A stretch of 64,000 nt of DNA from Spirochaetota bacterium (lineage in GTDB: Bacteria > Spirochaetota > UBA4802 > UB4802). The stretch is taken from contig JAOAIH010000001.1 of assembly GCA_026414805.1 (NCBI GenBank), positions 51,335 to 115,334 of the forward strand. Direction: 5' to 3'. Shown in pieces: positions 41,539 to 51,453 of this stretch. The notes beneath the pieces are model-generated. The model was not told the DNA's origin, searched no databases, and was given only the letters and a program-made list of their open reading frames with translations. The stretch's first letter is position 1. Each line of letters begins with the position of its first letter. The position numbers and the translations under genes were made by a program.

Positions 41539-42531
41539 TTACCACATCTTGCTCATATAAGGGTAAGGATTAATTGGCACCCCTCCCAAACGTATTTCAT
41601 AATGGCAGTGACTGCCTGTGGCCGAACCGGTTTGGCCAACATAGGCAATAACCTGCCCTTTCTGGATATTCTGCCCTGGATACACTATTATCTTGGAACA
41701 GTGTCCATATATTGTTTCATAGCCATATTTGTGTTTAATCCTGACCATGTAGCCGTAACCGCCACCCCATGATGATGATACCACTACACCAGGAGCTGTC
41801 GCACGAATTTCTGTGCCCTGAGGCGCTGCTATGTCAATGCCAGAGTGGAAATCTCTTCCAAAACCAAATGGCGAACGCCTCCATCCAAAAAGTGAGGTAA
41901 TGTGGCCAGGATTAGGTATTATTGATGGTGTGTCGTATATTACTTTATTACGGACATCAATGAAATTCTTAATTGTTTTAACGGTATTTGTGGTGCAAAT
42001 TAAATCTTTTTGAAGAGCGCGCAGTGTTTTTACTTCAGAGGGCAGAATTGCTGAGTATTGTCGCATTGCAGGATCTTCAACCGGAATCATTGATGATTCC
42101 CATATTGATTGTGTGTTGTTATTATTGGTTGCTAATTCATACAAATCTTCGATGTCGGGTTTTATGTCATCTAATTCTTTTTCCAGTTCATTTGTCAATT
42201 GTTCAAAACGTATGAGTTGTGACCGAATATCTTTGTAATTTGACATTAATCGCTCTTCTTCCCGTTTTACTGCAGCATTTTTTATTATGGCATAGGCAGA
42301 TGTAACAATAACTATAACCATTAATGAACTAAAAAAAAGTATTGTAAAACGAGAAATCTGAAAATTAAATATCTTCTGTTCATTATGCGGAATGAACATT
42401 ATTGTCATTTTTTCATGGCCATGTTCAAGGAATTTGTCCCATTTTTTGGCCCATTGCTTTTTTTTAAGATAATATTTTTCTTTGAGCTGTCGCTCAATTT
42501 CACTCTTTATTATTTTAAGCTTTACCTTCAT
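41539..42531 (-). CDS. M23 (LytM-type) peptidase with N-terminal TM and coiled-coil (EnvC-like)
   Basis: FHSGIDIAAPQGTEIRA...GHCSKI...GSHCHYEIR are the HxxxD / HxH motifs of M23 peptidases. Confidence 0.8.
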   Translation of the reverse strand: MKVKLKIIKSEIERQLKEKYYLKKKQWAKKWDKFLEHGHEKMTIMFIPHNEQKIFNFQISRFTILFFSSLMVIVIVTSAYAIIKNAAVKREEERLMSNYKDIRSQLIRFEQLTNELEKELDDIKPDIEDLYELATNNNNTQSIWESSMIPVEDPAMRQYSAILPSEVKTLRALQKDLICTTNTVKTIKNFIDVRNKVIYDTPSIIPNPGHITSLFGWRRSPFGFGRDFHSGIDIAAPQGTEIRATAPGVVVSSSWGGGYGYMVRIKHKYGYETIYGHCSKIIVYPGQNIQKGQVIAYVGQTGSATGSHCHYEIRLGGVPINPYPYMSKMW

Positions 42532-42692
42532 AGTTCCTTTACAAATACTATCAGTGTATAATGATTTAGGGCAATGGTTAAAAATGTAGAATAAATTGCA
42601 ATAAAAATTAAATATGCTATTATTGTATTATATCGTATGAAAAGCGTAATTTATGCAAGTTTTTTTTGTTGCTTGAATGATGTCAAAAAGAT

Positions 42693-43055
42693 TTGCTAAC
42701 GAATATGGAATGTAAACGATGCGGAACATGCTGCAATGATGTACGACTTGCCGAATCACCAGAAATGCTTAAAAAAGCCTATGAATATTGGCGAAAACTC
42801 CCTTCAGTTGACCCAAAATTTTCAGAAATATACCTCATTTACCCCATGCTAACATTTAAATATGAAAATCCCTCTGAGGATTTACCTTACCATTATGTAT
42901 GCAAGCATTTTACACGTGACAGCAATGGACTTGGTGTATGCAGTATATACCAAATAAGGCCTCGCATGTGTAGAGATTTCCCTTATTATGAGGGAATTGA
43001 ACTGGCACATGAAGAAAAGATAAGCCCTTATGAAGGATGTGGGTATAATGAATAA
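42693..43055 (+). CDS. YkgJ-family (UPF0153) Fe-S/Zn-chelating CxxCxxCC domain protein
   Basis: CKRCGTCC ... C..Y.IRPRMCRDFPY matches the YkgJ pattern. Confidence 0.6.
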   Translation: MLTNMECKRCGTCCNDVRLAESPEMLKKAYEYWRKLPSVDPKFSEIYLIYPMLTFKYENPSEDLPYHYVCKHFTRDSNGLGVCSIYQIRPRMCRDFPYYEGIELAHEEKISPYEGCGYNE

Positions 43056-43266
43056 CTATGCTTAAGATTATAGAACATCCAGCTTTTTTGATTAGATATT
43101 TCTATTTCAGGGGGCAATCTGGCAATTGTGTGAACCGTATTGCAGGCTTGAAAAGTATGTTCTATATGCTATGCTCTTTTTTTCATATCTAAATTATTGT
43201 AAAAAACGCTTGTATTAATAGCAAGGGCAATGTATAGTTTTTCAAGGATTAAAAAATGGTGTGTAA

Positions 43267-43809
43267 ATGAAATCTGAAAATAAAGACAAGCTTTTAGCTG
43301 TATTGTTTTATACACTGGTAGCTGCCTATTCTTACCTGGTATTGACAGTGGGTTCTGGAAACGATATTTTATTCTGGTCGTATGAAGAATTAATTTTTGG
43401 GATTGTAATTAGTATCATTTTGGCATCTGTCACCTACTGGCTTATACCAATAAAAATTACCGGAAAATTACTGAATCCGTTTTTTTATGTGGGGATAGTA
43501 TTATATTTCATTGGCCCTTTTTTTGTAGCGCTTTTGATAGCTAATCTGGAAGTACTTTACAGAATTATTACTGGGAAAATTAAACCCGCTATTGTAAAAG
43601 TTGATCCGGAAATTAACGATGAGATGGGTGTGTATCTACTGGCAAATTCAATAACGCTATCGCCTGGAACACTCACAATAGGTGTTGATCCCGAAAAACG
43701 AAAATTATTCATTCACTGTTTGTACTGGGATAAAGCAAAGGAATATTCTGCTGTGCCAAAAGATGTTGCAGGTTTTCTGCACTATTTTTTAAAAAAGCTT
43801 TTTACATGA
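43267..43809 (+). CDS. Mrp/Mnh antiporter subunit E-like (MbhA-like), first gene of the hydrogenase cluster
   Basis: LANSITLSPGTLTIGVDPEKRKLFIHCL matches the MnhE signature LANxITLTPGT. Confidence 0.65.
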   Translation: MKSENKDKLLAVLFYTLVAAYSYLVLTVGSGNDILFWSYEELIFGIVISIILASVTYWLIPIKITGKLLNPFFYVGIVLYFIGPFFVALLIANLEVLYRIITGKIKPAIVKVDPEINDEMGVYLLANSITLSPGTLTIGVDPEKRKLFIHCLYWDKAKEYSAVPKDVAGFLHYFLKKLFT

Positions 43810-43822
43810 AACAGGCGTATAT

Positions 43823-44092
43823 ATGTATGATTATAACTCTATATTTTTGATATCTGCATTTCTCTGTATACTATATGTATGCATTATCGTTATACGGATT
43901 GCATTCAGCCATAACGTCCCTGAACGGATTGTAGCGCTTGATACAATTAATACATTAATTATCGTTATCATGATTGTTTTAGGTGCTGCTCAAAAGAAGG
44001 CCTTGTATATTGATATTGGTATAGTCTATGGGATTATCTCTTTTATTGGTACATTATATATTGCCCGATATCTCATAGATGAGAGGAAATGA
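43823..44092 (+). CDS. Mrp/Mnh subunit F-like small membrane protein (MbhB-like)
   Basis: 89 aa, 3 TM; its position after the MnhE-like gene follows the cluster order. Confidence 0.5.
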   Translation: MYDYNSIFLISAFLCILYVCIIVIRIAFSHNVPERIVALDTINTLIIVIMIVLGAAQKKALYIDIGIVYGIISFIGTLYIARYLIDERK

Positions 44093-44500
44093 ATGGACGC
44101 TTTGATTTTGGTTTGTATGGCAATTGGTTTATTTGTTAATGGTATGAGCATTATTGGGCTAATGCGCTTTCCTGATATATATACCCGCCTGCACGCAGCT
44201 ACAAAAACTACAACATTTGGAAGTATTTTTGTGGTTTTAGCGATAGTTATTAAAAATATATTTTATTATGACCCCACCAGTCTCACAATTATTATTCATA
44301 GTATTGTTGCATTGCTGGTTATTATATTTACTAATCCAATCAGCGCTCATGCAATTGCACGAGCATCATTACTGTCGGGCATTAAGCCTGTGGGCGTTAT
44401 AATTAATGAGTTTGACTATAAATCCCAGATGAAAACCGCTGATGAGCTTGAATTGGAAAAGGTGAGTGAAGGAATCCCGGATGAAGGTGGTATGGTATGA
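44093..44500 (+). CDS. Mrp/Mnh subunit G-like (MbhC-like)
   Basis: RFPDIYTRLHAATKTTTFGSIFVV matches the MnhG signature. Confidence 0.65.
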   Translation: MDALILVCMAIGLFVNGMSIIGLMRFPDIYTRLHAATKTTTFGSIFVVLAIVIKNIFYYDPTSLTIIIHSIVALLVIIFTNPISAHAIARASLLSGIKPVGVIINEFDYKSQMKTADELELEKVSEGIPDEGGMV

Positions 44501-44739
44501 TGTATTATTTTTTTCTGGTTATTTCAATAGCACTAGTAATAACTGCACTGCTTTCAATATATTTTCGTGATCTTCTTGCAGCAATAGTGAGCTATTCGGT
44601 CTTTTCATTAGTACTCACTGTACTGTATTTTCTCCTTGATGCGCCTGATGTAGCTATTGCTGAAGCTGGAATTGGTGCAGCACTGACCACCTGTATTTTT
44701 GTTATCGCAATTAGGATGACACGGAGAAGGGAAGAATGA
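44497..44739 (+). CDS. small membrane subunit (MbhD-like)
   Basis: 80 aa, 2-3 TM; overlapping start and stop within the operon. Confidence 0.45.
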   Translation: MMYYFFLVISIALVITALLSIYFRDLLAAIVSYSVFSLVLTVLYFLLDAPDVAIAEAGIGAALTTCIFVIAIRMTRRREE

Positions 44740-45569
44740 GGCTTTTAAGTGTTGTAGCTATTGTCATTATATTTGGGTTTTTATTTGTTGGGATACTTAA
44801 CCTTCATCCAGTGGGGCAGGCTATTGGGAATCCGGATGTATTAAAGGAAAGGCCAGAGTATGGCATTGATGTCCAGGGCGTTACCACTATGGATGATTAT
44901 TTTTTACGAAACGGACAGGTAGAAACAAAATCAAACAATATTGTGGCAAGTGTAGTATTTGATTATAGAGGATTTGATACATTGGGGGAAGCAACAGTAT
45001 TATTCGTTGTGGTAAGCAGCATTTCAATGCTATTCTTTACATTCCTTAAGAGCAAAAGTATTGTATCAGCGGGTGTACCTCCCGCAGGGCAGTTCCCTAA
45101 AATTGAATCACGGATAATAACATTTGGAGCTTTTATCATGTATATCATGATATTAAGTTTTGGTGTGTATCTAGTGGTACATGGACATCTTTCCCCTGGG
45201 GGTGGTTTCCAGGGTGGCTCGGTTATGGCTTCTGCTACTGCGCTTCTGCTTATAAGTTTTTTAATTACCAGGCATATGCAACGCACTCGTAAAATATTTT
45301 CATTCTTTGAATCATTTGGATTAACAATTTTTATTGGTATCGGTTTTACTGGAATTGGAATATCATTTTTATATAATTTTCTAGCGCACAGTGGCGCTGC
45401 ATTTGGAAGGCTTATCCCATTTGGGCCCAATCAGGGTTATCTTATTTCCGCTGGAATATTGCCATGGCTGTCACTGGCTGTGGGTATTGAAGTATTTTTT
45501 GGATTAAGTCTTATACTTGTGACGTTATTCCATGCATCGGGAGTGAAAAATAATTCTTTGCAACGGTAA
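44736..45569 (+). CDS. Mrp/Mnh subunit B-like membrane protein (MbhE/F-like)
   Basis: IVASVVFDYRGFDTLGEATVLF matches the MnhB motif NIVxAIlxDyRGxDTLGE. Confidence 0.6.
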   Translation: MRLLSVVAIVIIFGFLFVGILNLHPVGQAIGNPDVLKERPEYGIDVQGVTTMDDYFLRNGQVETKSNNIVASVVFDYRGFDTLGEATVLFVVVSSISMLFFTFLKSKSIVSAGVPPAGQFPKIESRIITFGAFIMYIMILSFGVYLVVHGHLSPGGGFQGGSVMASATALLLISFLITRHMQRTRKIFSFFESFGLTIFIGIGFTGIGISFLYNFLAHSGAAFGRLIPFGPNQGYLISAGILPWLSLAVGIEVFFGLSLILVTLFHASGVKNNSLQR

Positions 45570-45573
45570 TGCT

Positions 45574-45933
45574 ATGGCAGCTATTGTACTTTATGTAACA
45601 TTTATTTTACTGCTGATTATAGGGATAATTGCTCTACTGTTTAAACGAAACCTTATAAAGATTGTGCTTGCATTTAACATTCTAGACTCAGGCATAAACC
45701 TTTTTTTTATTACACTTGGCTATCGTGAAAATGCTATGGCGCCCATTTTCACTTTAGCGCCATTTGATTATGTCTTCACCATGGTATTGCCAACGCCTCA
45801 GGCTTTGATATTAACCAATATTGTTATTGGATTTGCCACTACTGCACTGATGTTGGGTGTTGCTGTACTTACCTATAGAAACAACAATACAATGGATACA
45901 CGAAAATTACGTGGAGTTGAAGAGTATGATTAA
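45574..45933 (+). CDS. Mrp/Mnh subunit C / NuoK-like (MbhG-like)
   Basis: 119 aa, 3 TM, NuoK/MnhC-like N-terminus (LLLIIGIIALLFKRNLIKIVLAFNILDSGINLFFITLG). Confidence 0.6.
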   Translation: MAAIVLYVTFILLLIIGIIALLFKRNLIKIVLAFNILDSGINLFFITLGYRENAMAPIFTLAPFDYVFTMVLPTPQALILTNIVIGFATTALMLGVAVLTYRNNNTMDTRKLRGVEEYD

Positions 45934-47458
45934 ACACGTGCCGGTATTACTGGTAACTATACCGCTTCTGGTTGCATTTATGGTGCCAATGATTGGTATG
46001 GTTAATCGTACTGCACGTACAATTATTGGGGCGATAGCTCTTGTTATTATAATGGCAGCATCTTATTATATTGCTGGTGATGTTTTGCTTCATGGAAGGA
46101 TTTTTTATTATATGGTAGGTTCTTCTAATCCGGAAGTTGTTACAGAACATGGTTTAACGTTCCCAATACGTATAGGGTTGAAAATTGACCAATTTTCGCT
46201 CTTTTTTATTATCATGGCAACAACTCTTGTATTTATTTTTTATGTATTCTCAACGCAATATATTGAGGAAAATGATAGGAAAAATTATTTTGTTGTGCTT
46301 TTTATAAGCATGGTAGCGGGTATGATGGGTTTGCTTGTTGCAAATGACCTGTTTACATTCTTTGTATTTTTAGAAATTCTTTCAATTTCATCGGCTGCTC
46401 TGGTGGCTTTCAGAACTGAACGAAGGCATCCGCCGTATGCTGGGTATAAATACATGTTTGTGAGTGCAGTGGCAACTAGTTTCTTTTTGTTAGGAATTGC
46501 TTTTTTATATGCTCAGTATGGATCATTCAATATTGACTATCTCAAAGAAGCTTTACGGGGAACATTCTTAGATAAAATTGCTATTATACTTCTCATTATT
46601 CCACTTGCAATGAAATCAGGCGTTGTTCCTATGCATATGTGGATACCTGATACCTATTCTGAAGCTCCTGCCCCAATAAGTGCAATGGTAAAATTAGCAA
46701 GTTTAATTTGTCTTTATGGTTTATTCAGGATTTCCTTTTCTTTTGGATTAAGCCATGCTCATGTTAGTTATCCTCTTGGAATATTATTTATTGTGTTTGG
46801 AATATTATCAATGTTTGTAGGGGTAACTCAAGCGCTGGTACAAAGGGATGTGAAACGCCTTATGGCTTTTCACGCCGTTTCGCAAGTTGGATATATGCTG
46901 TTAGGTATGGGTGTTGGATTATCAGTGATTAAATCAGGTGATGCTTCTTTTGCTCTTTTTGGAAAAGTAGCTATGATAGGGGGACTGCTTCATGTAGTTA
47001 ATAATGCATTATATAAGGGATTGCTGTTTTTAACATCAGGTATTTTGGTACGACATTTTAAAACACGTAATCTGGATGAAATGCATGGCTTAGCACATTA
47101 TGATATTTTTACTACAGTAGTGTTTATGATTGCTGCCCTTGCAATATCAGGGATTCCACCGTTCAATGGATTTATATCAAAAATTATCATTTATGAATCT
47201 GTTTTCCAGTACAATCCAGTGTTGACATTGATTGCAATATTTGTTTCAATTTTAACGCTGGCTTCATTTATGAAAGTTTTTTACAGTGCTTTTCTTGGTA
47301 TGCCCTGTGACAGAATCCCAAAAGAACAGCCTATTTTGATTAAATGCAGTATGCTTTTGATTTCAATATTTATTATAGTAATTGGTATATTCCCCCAAGG
47401 TATATTAAAGATATTGATTGAACCAGCTATTAATGCCTTAATCAATTTTCAGGGGTAA
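45926..47458 (+). CDS. MrpD/NuoL/NuoN-like proton-pumping antiporter subunit (MbhH-like)
   Basis: ~510 aa polytopic protein of the complex-I antiporter-like family. The probable start MIKHV overlaps the preceding stop. Confidence 0.8.
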   Translation: MIKHVPVLLVTIPLLVAFMVPMIGMVNRTARTIIGAIALVIIMAASYYIAGDVLLHGRIFYYMVGSSNPEVVTEHGLTFPIRIGLKIDQFSLFFIIMATTLVFIFYVFSTQYIEENDRKNYFVVLFISMVAGMMGLLVANDLFTFFVFLEILSISSAALVAFRTERRHPPYAGYKYMFVSAVATSFFLLGIAFLYAQYGSFNIDYLKEALRGTFLDKIAIILLIIPLAMKSGVVPMHMWIPDTYSEAPAPISAMVKLASLICLYGLFRISFSFGLSHAHVSYPLGILFIVFGILSMFVGVTQALVQRDVKRLMAFHAVSQVGYMLLGMGVGLSVIKSGDASFALFGKVAMIGGLLHVVNNALYKGLLFLTSGILVRHFKTRNLDEMHGLAHYDIFTTVVFMIAALAISGIPPFNGFISKIIIYESVFQYNPVLTLIAIFVSILTLASFMKVFYSAFLGMPCDRIPKEQPILIKCSMLLISIFIIVIGIFPQGILKILIEPAINALINFQG

Positions 47459-47462
47459 GGTA

Positions 47463-47798
47463 ATGAATATATTTCAAGTAGAATATCTTCACTGGACACC
47501 ACTGTTATGGTTGGGGATTTTTTTTGTGTTGTTTATTGTAATGATTATTGTTGGAAAACTTTTTTTCAGAAATGATTATAATACAGTTGATCAGCAAAGC
47601 TTGCCTTTTTACTCGGGGACAAGTAATAAAATGCTCCAAATGATTACCGCAAGCAATTTATACTGGGGTTTTAAGCATGCTCTGGATGTGTATTTTACTG
47701 CTATCAAGAAATTATTCATAAGTGATGTTGAAGATTTTATTCAATGGTTTATTATAATAATAGCGTGTATGCTTCTTTTAGTAACAGGAGTATTATAG
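47463..47798 (+). CDS. small membrane subunit (MbhI-like)
   Basis: 111 aa, 2 TM, inside the operon. Confidence 0.4.
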   Translation: MNIFQVEYLHWTPLLWLGIFFVLFIVMIIVGKLFFRNDYNTVDQQSLPFYSGTSNKMLQMITASNLYWGFKHALDVYFTAIKKLFISDVEDFIQWFIIIIACMLLLVTGVL

Positions 47799-48226
47799 TG
47801 AAGATAAATTACCGCCATTTGAAACGTTCCTTATGGGCTTATCATTTGAATACAGGGTCATGCAATGCATGTGATATTGAGATTTTGGCAACACTTATGC
47901 CTCGGTATGATATTGAACGCTTTGGTATAAAACTGGTTGGTACCCCACGTCATGCTGATGTTTTACTTGTTACTGGAACTGTAACCGAAAAGATTAAAGA
48001 AAGCGTCATTCAAGTATATCAGCAGGTACCAGAACCCAAGTTGGTGATTGTCATTGGAGGGTGTGGTTCAACTAAAGGTGTGTTTCAGGAGTCCTATGCA
48101 ATGGCTGGACCGGTTGATGAAATAATTCCTGTTGATGTGTACATACCCGGGTGTCCACCAAGACCTGAAGCTATAATTTATGGAATAGCAAAAGCCTGGG
48201 AAAAATTGGAAAAATTCCAAAAATGA
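47798..48226 (+). CDS. [NiFe] hydrogenase small subunit, NuoB/HycG-like (MbhJ-like)
   Basis: Four-Cys [4Fe-4S] ligands GSCNACDIE, GGCGSTKG and IPGCPP. GTG start at 47798 overlaps the upstream TAG, with an AGGAG ribosome-binding site 8 nt before it. Confidence 0.85.
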   Translation: MKINYRHLKRSLWAYHLNTGSCNACDIEILATLMPRYDIERFGIKLVGTPRHADVLLVTGTVTEKIKESVIQVYQQVPEPKLVIVIGGCGSTKGVFQESYAMAGPVDEIIPVDVYIPGCPPRPEAIIYGIAKAWEKLEKFQK

Positions 48227-48244
48227 AGTTACTATATATATGCC

Positions 48245-48739
48245 ATGGGTACTGAATCTATTATAACAGCTTTACAGGAAAAATTAGGAAGTCATATTGT
48301 GGCATCTAGGGAAAAGATTAAAGAATATGCAAGTGGTGTTTCCCGCATTACACTATGGATAAGTATTGATAGAGAGTCATTTCATCACGCTGTGGGGATT
48401 TTAAAAACCCTTGGAAGGTTACATATATCTACACCAATGCCCTACAAGGAGTATGAAGACCGCATAGAACTTATATATCCTTTTGCTTTGAAGATGAAAG
48501 ATGCCAGGTTCTCTGAGGTAATGGTCATTCTATCAGTAGATGTCCCCAAAGAAGATTTAATGGTACGCACAATTACCGATATTGTCCCTGGGGCTCTATT
48601 TATGGAACGAGAGGCTATGGAAATGATAGGAGTTGCAATTGAAGATATACCTGACCCACGTAGGCTTTTTACAGGTAATTATTTGCCAGATGGTTTTTAT
48701 CCACTAAGGGAATCAGGTAAGAAGGAAATATTACCATGA
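48245..48739 (+). CDS. NuoC/HycE-N-terminal-like subunit (MbhK-like)
   Basis: ALFMEREAMEMIGVAIEDIPDPRRLFTGNYLPDGFYPLRE matches the 30-kDa subunit signature (ERExxDMFGIxFxxHPDLRRIL). Confidence 0.65.
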   Translation: MGTESIITALQEKLGSHIVASREKIKEYASGVSRITLWISIDRESFHHAVGILKTLGRLHISTPMPYKEYEDRIELIYPFALKMKDARFSEVMVILSVDVPKEDLMVRTITDIVPGALFMEREAMEMIGVAIEDIPDPRRLFTGNYLPDGFYPLRESGKKEILP

Positions 48740-49974
48740 AATCAGATATATACTATCCGTTAAATATTGGTCCTGTACATCCTGCATTTAAGGAACCTAT
48801 TAAATTTACTTTCAGAATAGAAGGTGAAAAGGTTATTGGAGCTGATATAGAATTTGGGTACACGCACAGAGCCATAGAAAGAGTTGCTCAGGAAAGAAAT
48901 TACATCCAGATTATCTATCTTTTAGAAAGAGTCTGTGGTATTTGTTCTTTCTCACATCCAATGGCATATTGCCTGGCTATTGAGGATGTAGCTGGTATTG
49001 AGGTTCCACCACGTGCAAGGTATATCCGGACTATCATTGGGGAGCTTGAACGCCTTCACTCTCACTTATTGTGGACGGGGGTTGCAGCTCATGAAATAGG
49101 ATTTGATACGCTGTTTATGTATACATGGAATATACGAGAAAAAGTCCTGGATTGTTTAGAGGAACTTACAGGGAACAGAATTAATTATGCAATGCTTACT
49201 ATAGGAGGTGTACGCCGTGATATAACTGCAGAAAATGCAGTAACTATCAATCAGATTCTAGAATACTATGAGGAATTATATAATAGAACTTCCGAAATAT
49301 TACTTGATGATTTAACGCTGAGAGCAAGAACTGAAAACATTGGAATTCTGACTCTGGAGCAGGCAGAGCGTTTATGTGCAGTAGGTCCAACAGCTCGGGG
49401 TTCGGGACTTTTGAAAGATGTTCGATTTGATTATCCTGTGAATGCATATTATGAAATACCTTGGTTAAAACCTGTATCACCTAAAGATATTGGGAAAGAA
49501 CCTATTGGTGATGTGTATGACAGGATGGCTGTTCGCGTATTAGAGATAAAACAATCAATCCAAATCATCCAATTTTGTATGGAAAACCTTCCTCAAGGGA
49601 ATATTAATACCGGTGAAAATGCTGTAAAGATGATAAACACTCTAAAGAAGCTTGAAGGGGAAGGAATAGGCCGGTATGAAGCACCACGTGGGGAAGTGTG
49701 CCATTATGTTATACTGGATAATCAAGAACATCCTGTTCAGATTAAAGTAAAAGCTCCAACATACTCTAATGGTTTTACCTGGGCACCAATGCTTACTAAT
49801 ATTGAGATAGCTGATATTCCAATAGTTATTGCTTCAATAGACCCATGTGTTGCATGTGCTGATAGGATGACATATATTCAATCGAATGGCAAATTGATCA
49901 CAATGTCGTGGGAAGAATTGCACAAAAAGAGTATACAGAAGTTCAAAGAGGCACGCAGAAAATGTTTGAGGTAA
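48736..49974 (+). CDS. group-4 [NiFe] hydrogenase large (catalytic) subunit (MbhL/HycE-like)
   Basis: N-terminal L1 motif ERVCGICSFSH (RxCGxCxxxH) and C-terminal L2 motif DPCVACADR (DPCxxCxxR) are both intact, which marks a true hydrogenase rather than a complex-I/Mbx-type paralogue. Confidence 0.85.
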   Translation: MKSDIYYPLNIGPVHPAFKEPIKFTFRIEGEKVIGADIEFGYTHRAIERVAQERNYIQIIYLLERVCGICSFSHPMAYCLAIEDVAGIEVPPRARYIRTIIGELERLHSHLLWTGVAAHEIGFDTLFMYTWNIREKVLDCLEELTGNRINYAMLTIGGVRRDITAENAVTINQILEYYEELYNRTSEILLDDLTLRARTENIGILTLEQAERLCAVGPTARGSGLLKDVRFDYPVNAYYEIPWLKPVSPKDIGKEPIGDVYDRMAVRVLEIKQSIQIIQFCMENLPQGNINTGENAVKMINTLKKLEGEGIGRYEAPRGEVCHYVILDNQEHPVQIKVKAPTYSNGFTWAPMLTNIEIADIPIVIASIDPCVACADRMTYIQSNGKLITMSWEELHKKSIQKFKEARRKCLR

Positions 49975-50975
49975 TGTATATAGCGATAGCTATCACTATC
50001 GCAGGTGTGATTGTGGGGCTTTTTCTTAAAGGTATAGATAGGAAACTTGCAGCGTATTTGCAGTCAAGGATTGGTCCACCTATCGCACAACCCCTGTACG
50101 ATGTAATGAAATTAATGCATAAACAGACAATTGTACCATCGACATCTGTACGATGGTTATTTAATGGAGCACCATTTGTTGCGCTTGTTTCATGTATAGT
50201 ATTATTCTTATATATTACCCTACCCTATATGTTTTATATTATGGGAATGCACAGTCCCCTTCACGGTGACCTTATTGTTGTCATCTACCTTGTTCTTATT
50301 CCATCCATTGCAGTTATCAGCGGTGCATTTGCATCAGGATCTCCATATGCTTCAATTGGTGCGCAGCGTGAAATGGTTCTTTTGATGAGTACAGAGTTGC
50401 CAATTGCAGTTGTAGTGGTGAGCATTGCATGGCATGTAGCTGATAGCTTGTATAATCCGTTTGCATTACAATCTTTTCTTGAATATACAGTATGGCATAA
50501 AGCGGGGGCATTTGGAATTCTGGGCAGTATTTTACTGTTGCTTGCAATGATGCTTGTTTTACCTGCTGAAATGTCTAAAGTACCATTTGATCAGGCCGAA
50601 GCTGAAACTGAGATAGCTGAGGGAGTGCTTGTAGAGTATTCTGGTAAGCTGCTGGCATTTTTGCTTTTAACAGATGCATTTAAAGCATTATCTTTATCAA
50701 TTCTGATAATTATATTGTTTTTCCCCTATACAATTTCAAGTTTGTTTGGAATATCGTTTACAATTGGTAATTATACTATCACCCCATTAGTTGAAATACT
50801 TTTTCTTGTATTCAAAATTATCATTGTCTATAGCTTTGGGGTTACTATTATTAGAGTAATTATGGCTCGATTAAAGATTTCGCAAGTTGCAAAAGTATTT
50901 CTTTTTGCAATTTCAGCAATAAGTATTATCGGAATGGTCTTGATTATGTTAGACCCTAAGATGAAAATGATGTGA
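49962..50975 (+). CDS. NuoH/HycD-like membrane subunit (MbhM-like)
   Basis: Polytopic membrane protein directly after the large subunit; the alternative ATG 49974 overlaps the stop (TAATG). Confidence 0.75.
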   Translation: MFEVMYIAIAITIAGVIVGLFLKGIDRKLAAYLQSRIGPPIAQPLYDVMKLMHKQTIVPSTSVRWLFNGAPFVALVSCIVLFLYITLPYMFYIMGMHSPLHGDLIVVIYLVLIPSIAVISGAFASGSPYASIGAQREMVLLMSTELPIAVVVVSIAWHVADSLYNPFALQSFLEYTVWHKAGAFGILGSILLLLAMMLVLPAEMSKVPFDQAEAETEIAEGVLVEYSGKLLAFLLLTDAFKALSLSILIIILFFPYTISSLFGISFTIGNYTITPLVEILFLVFKIIIVYSFGVTIIRVIMARLKISQVAKVFLFAISAISIIGMVLIMLDPKMKMM

Positions 50976-50985
50976 CAGGTGTACT

Positions 50986-51453
50986 ATGTTGGGAATGATA
51001 TATAAAGTAGTTGAGCAGCTATTTTCAAAAAAGTCTACAAATTTTTTCCCTTCAAAATATATACTGGAAAATACAGAGTATGCTCTGAAAAGCGGTTTAC
51101 TACATCCGACTGTTGAAGTCAAAGATGGCTTCAGGGGCAGGTTGAAATATGATTTTGAAAGCTGTACAGGCTGTGGATTATGTAACAAAGTATGCCCTGC
51201 TAATGCTATTGAATTATATCCTGCTCAAGTAAATGCCAAAAAAACAAAAAGGATCGTGATTTATTTATCACGGTGTACATATTGTCAGGAGTGTGTTAAT
51301 ATATGCCCTAAAAATTCAATTCAGATTACCAAAGATTTTTTTATGGCTGGTTATAAAAAATATGGAAATTCAATGGTTGTTGGTTTTGAGCACAGAGAAA
51401 ATTATGAGATAAAACAAGAGGAAAGCTCAGATGTTCAAAAAGAAGGAAATTGA
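50986..51453 (+). CDS. NuoI/HycF-like 2x[4Fe-4S] ferredoxin subunit (MbhN-like)
   Basis: Two ferredoxin motifs, CTGCGLCNKVCP and CTYCQECVNICP. Confidence 0.8.
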   Translation: MLGMIYKVVEQLFSKKSTNFFPSKYILENTEYALKSGLLHPTVEVKDGFRGRLKYDFESCTGCGLCNKVCPANAIELYPAQVNAKKTKRIVIYLSRCTYCQECVNICPKNSIQITKDFFMAGYKKYGNSMVVGFEHRENYEIKQEESSDVQKEGN

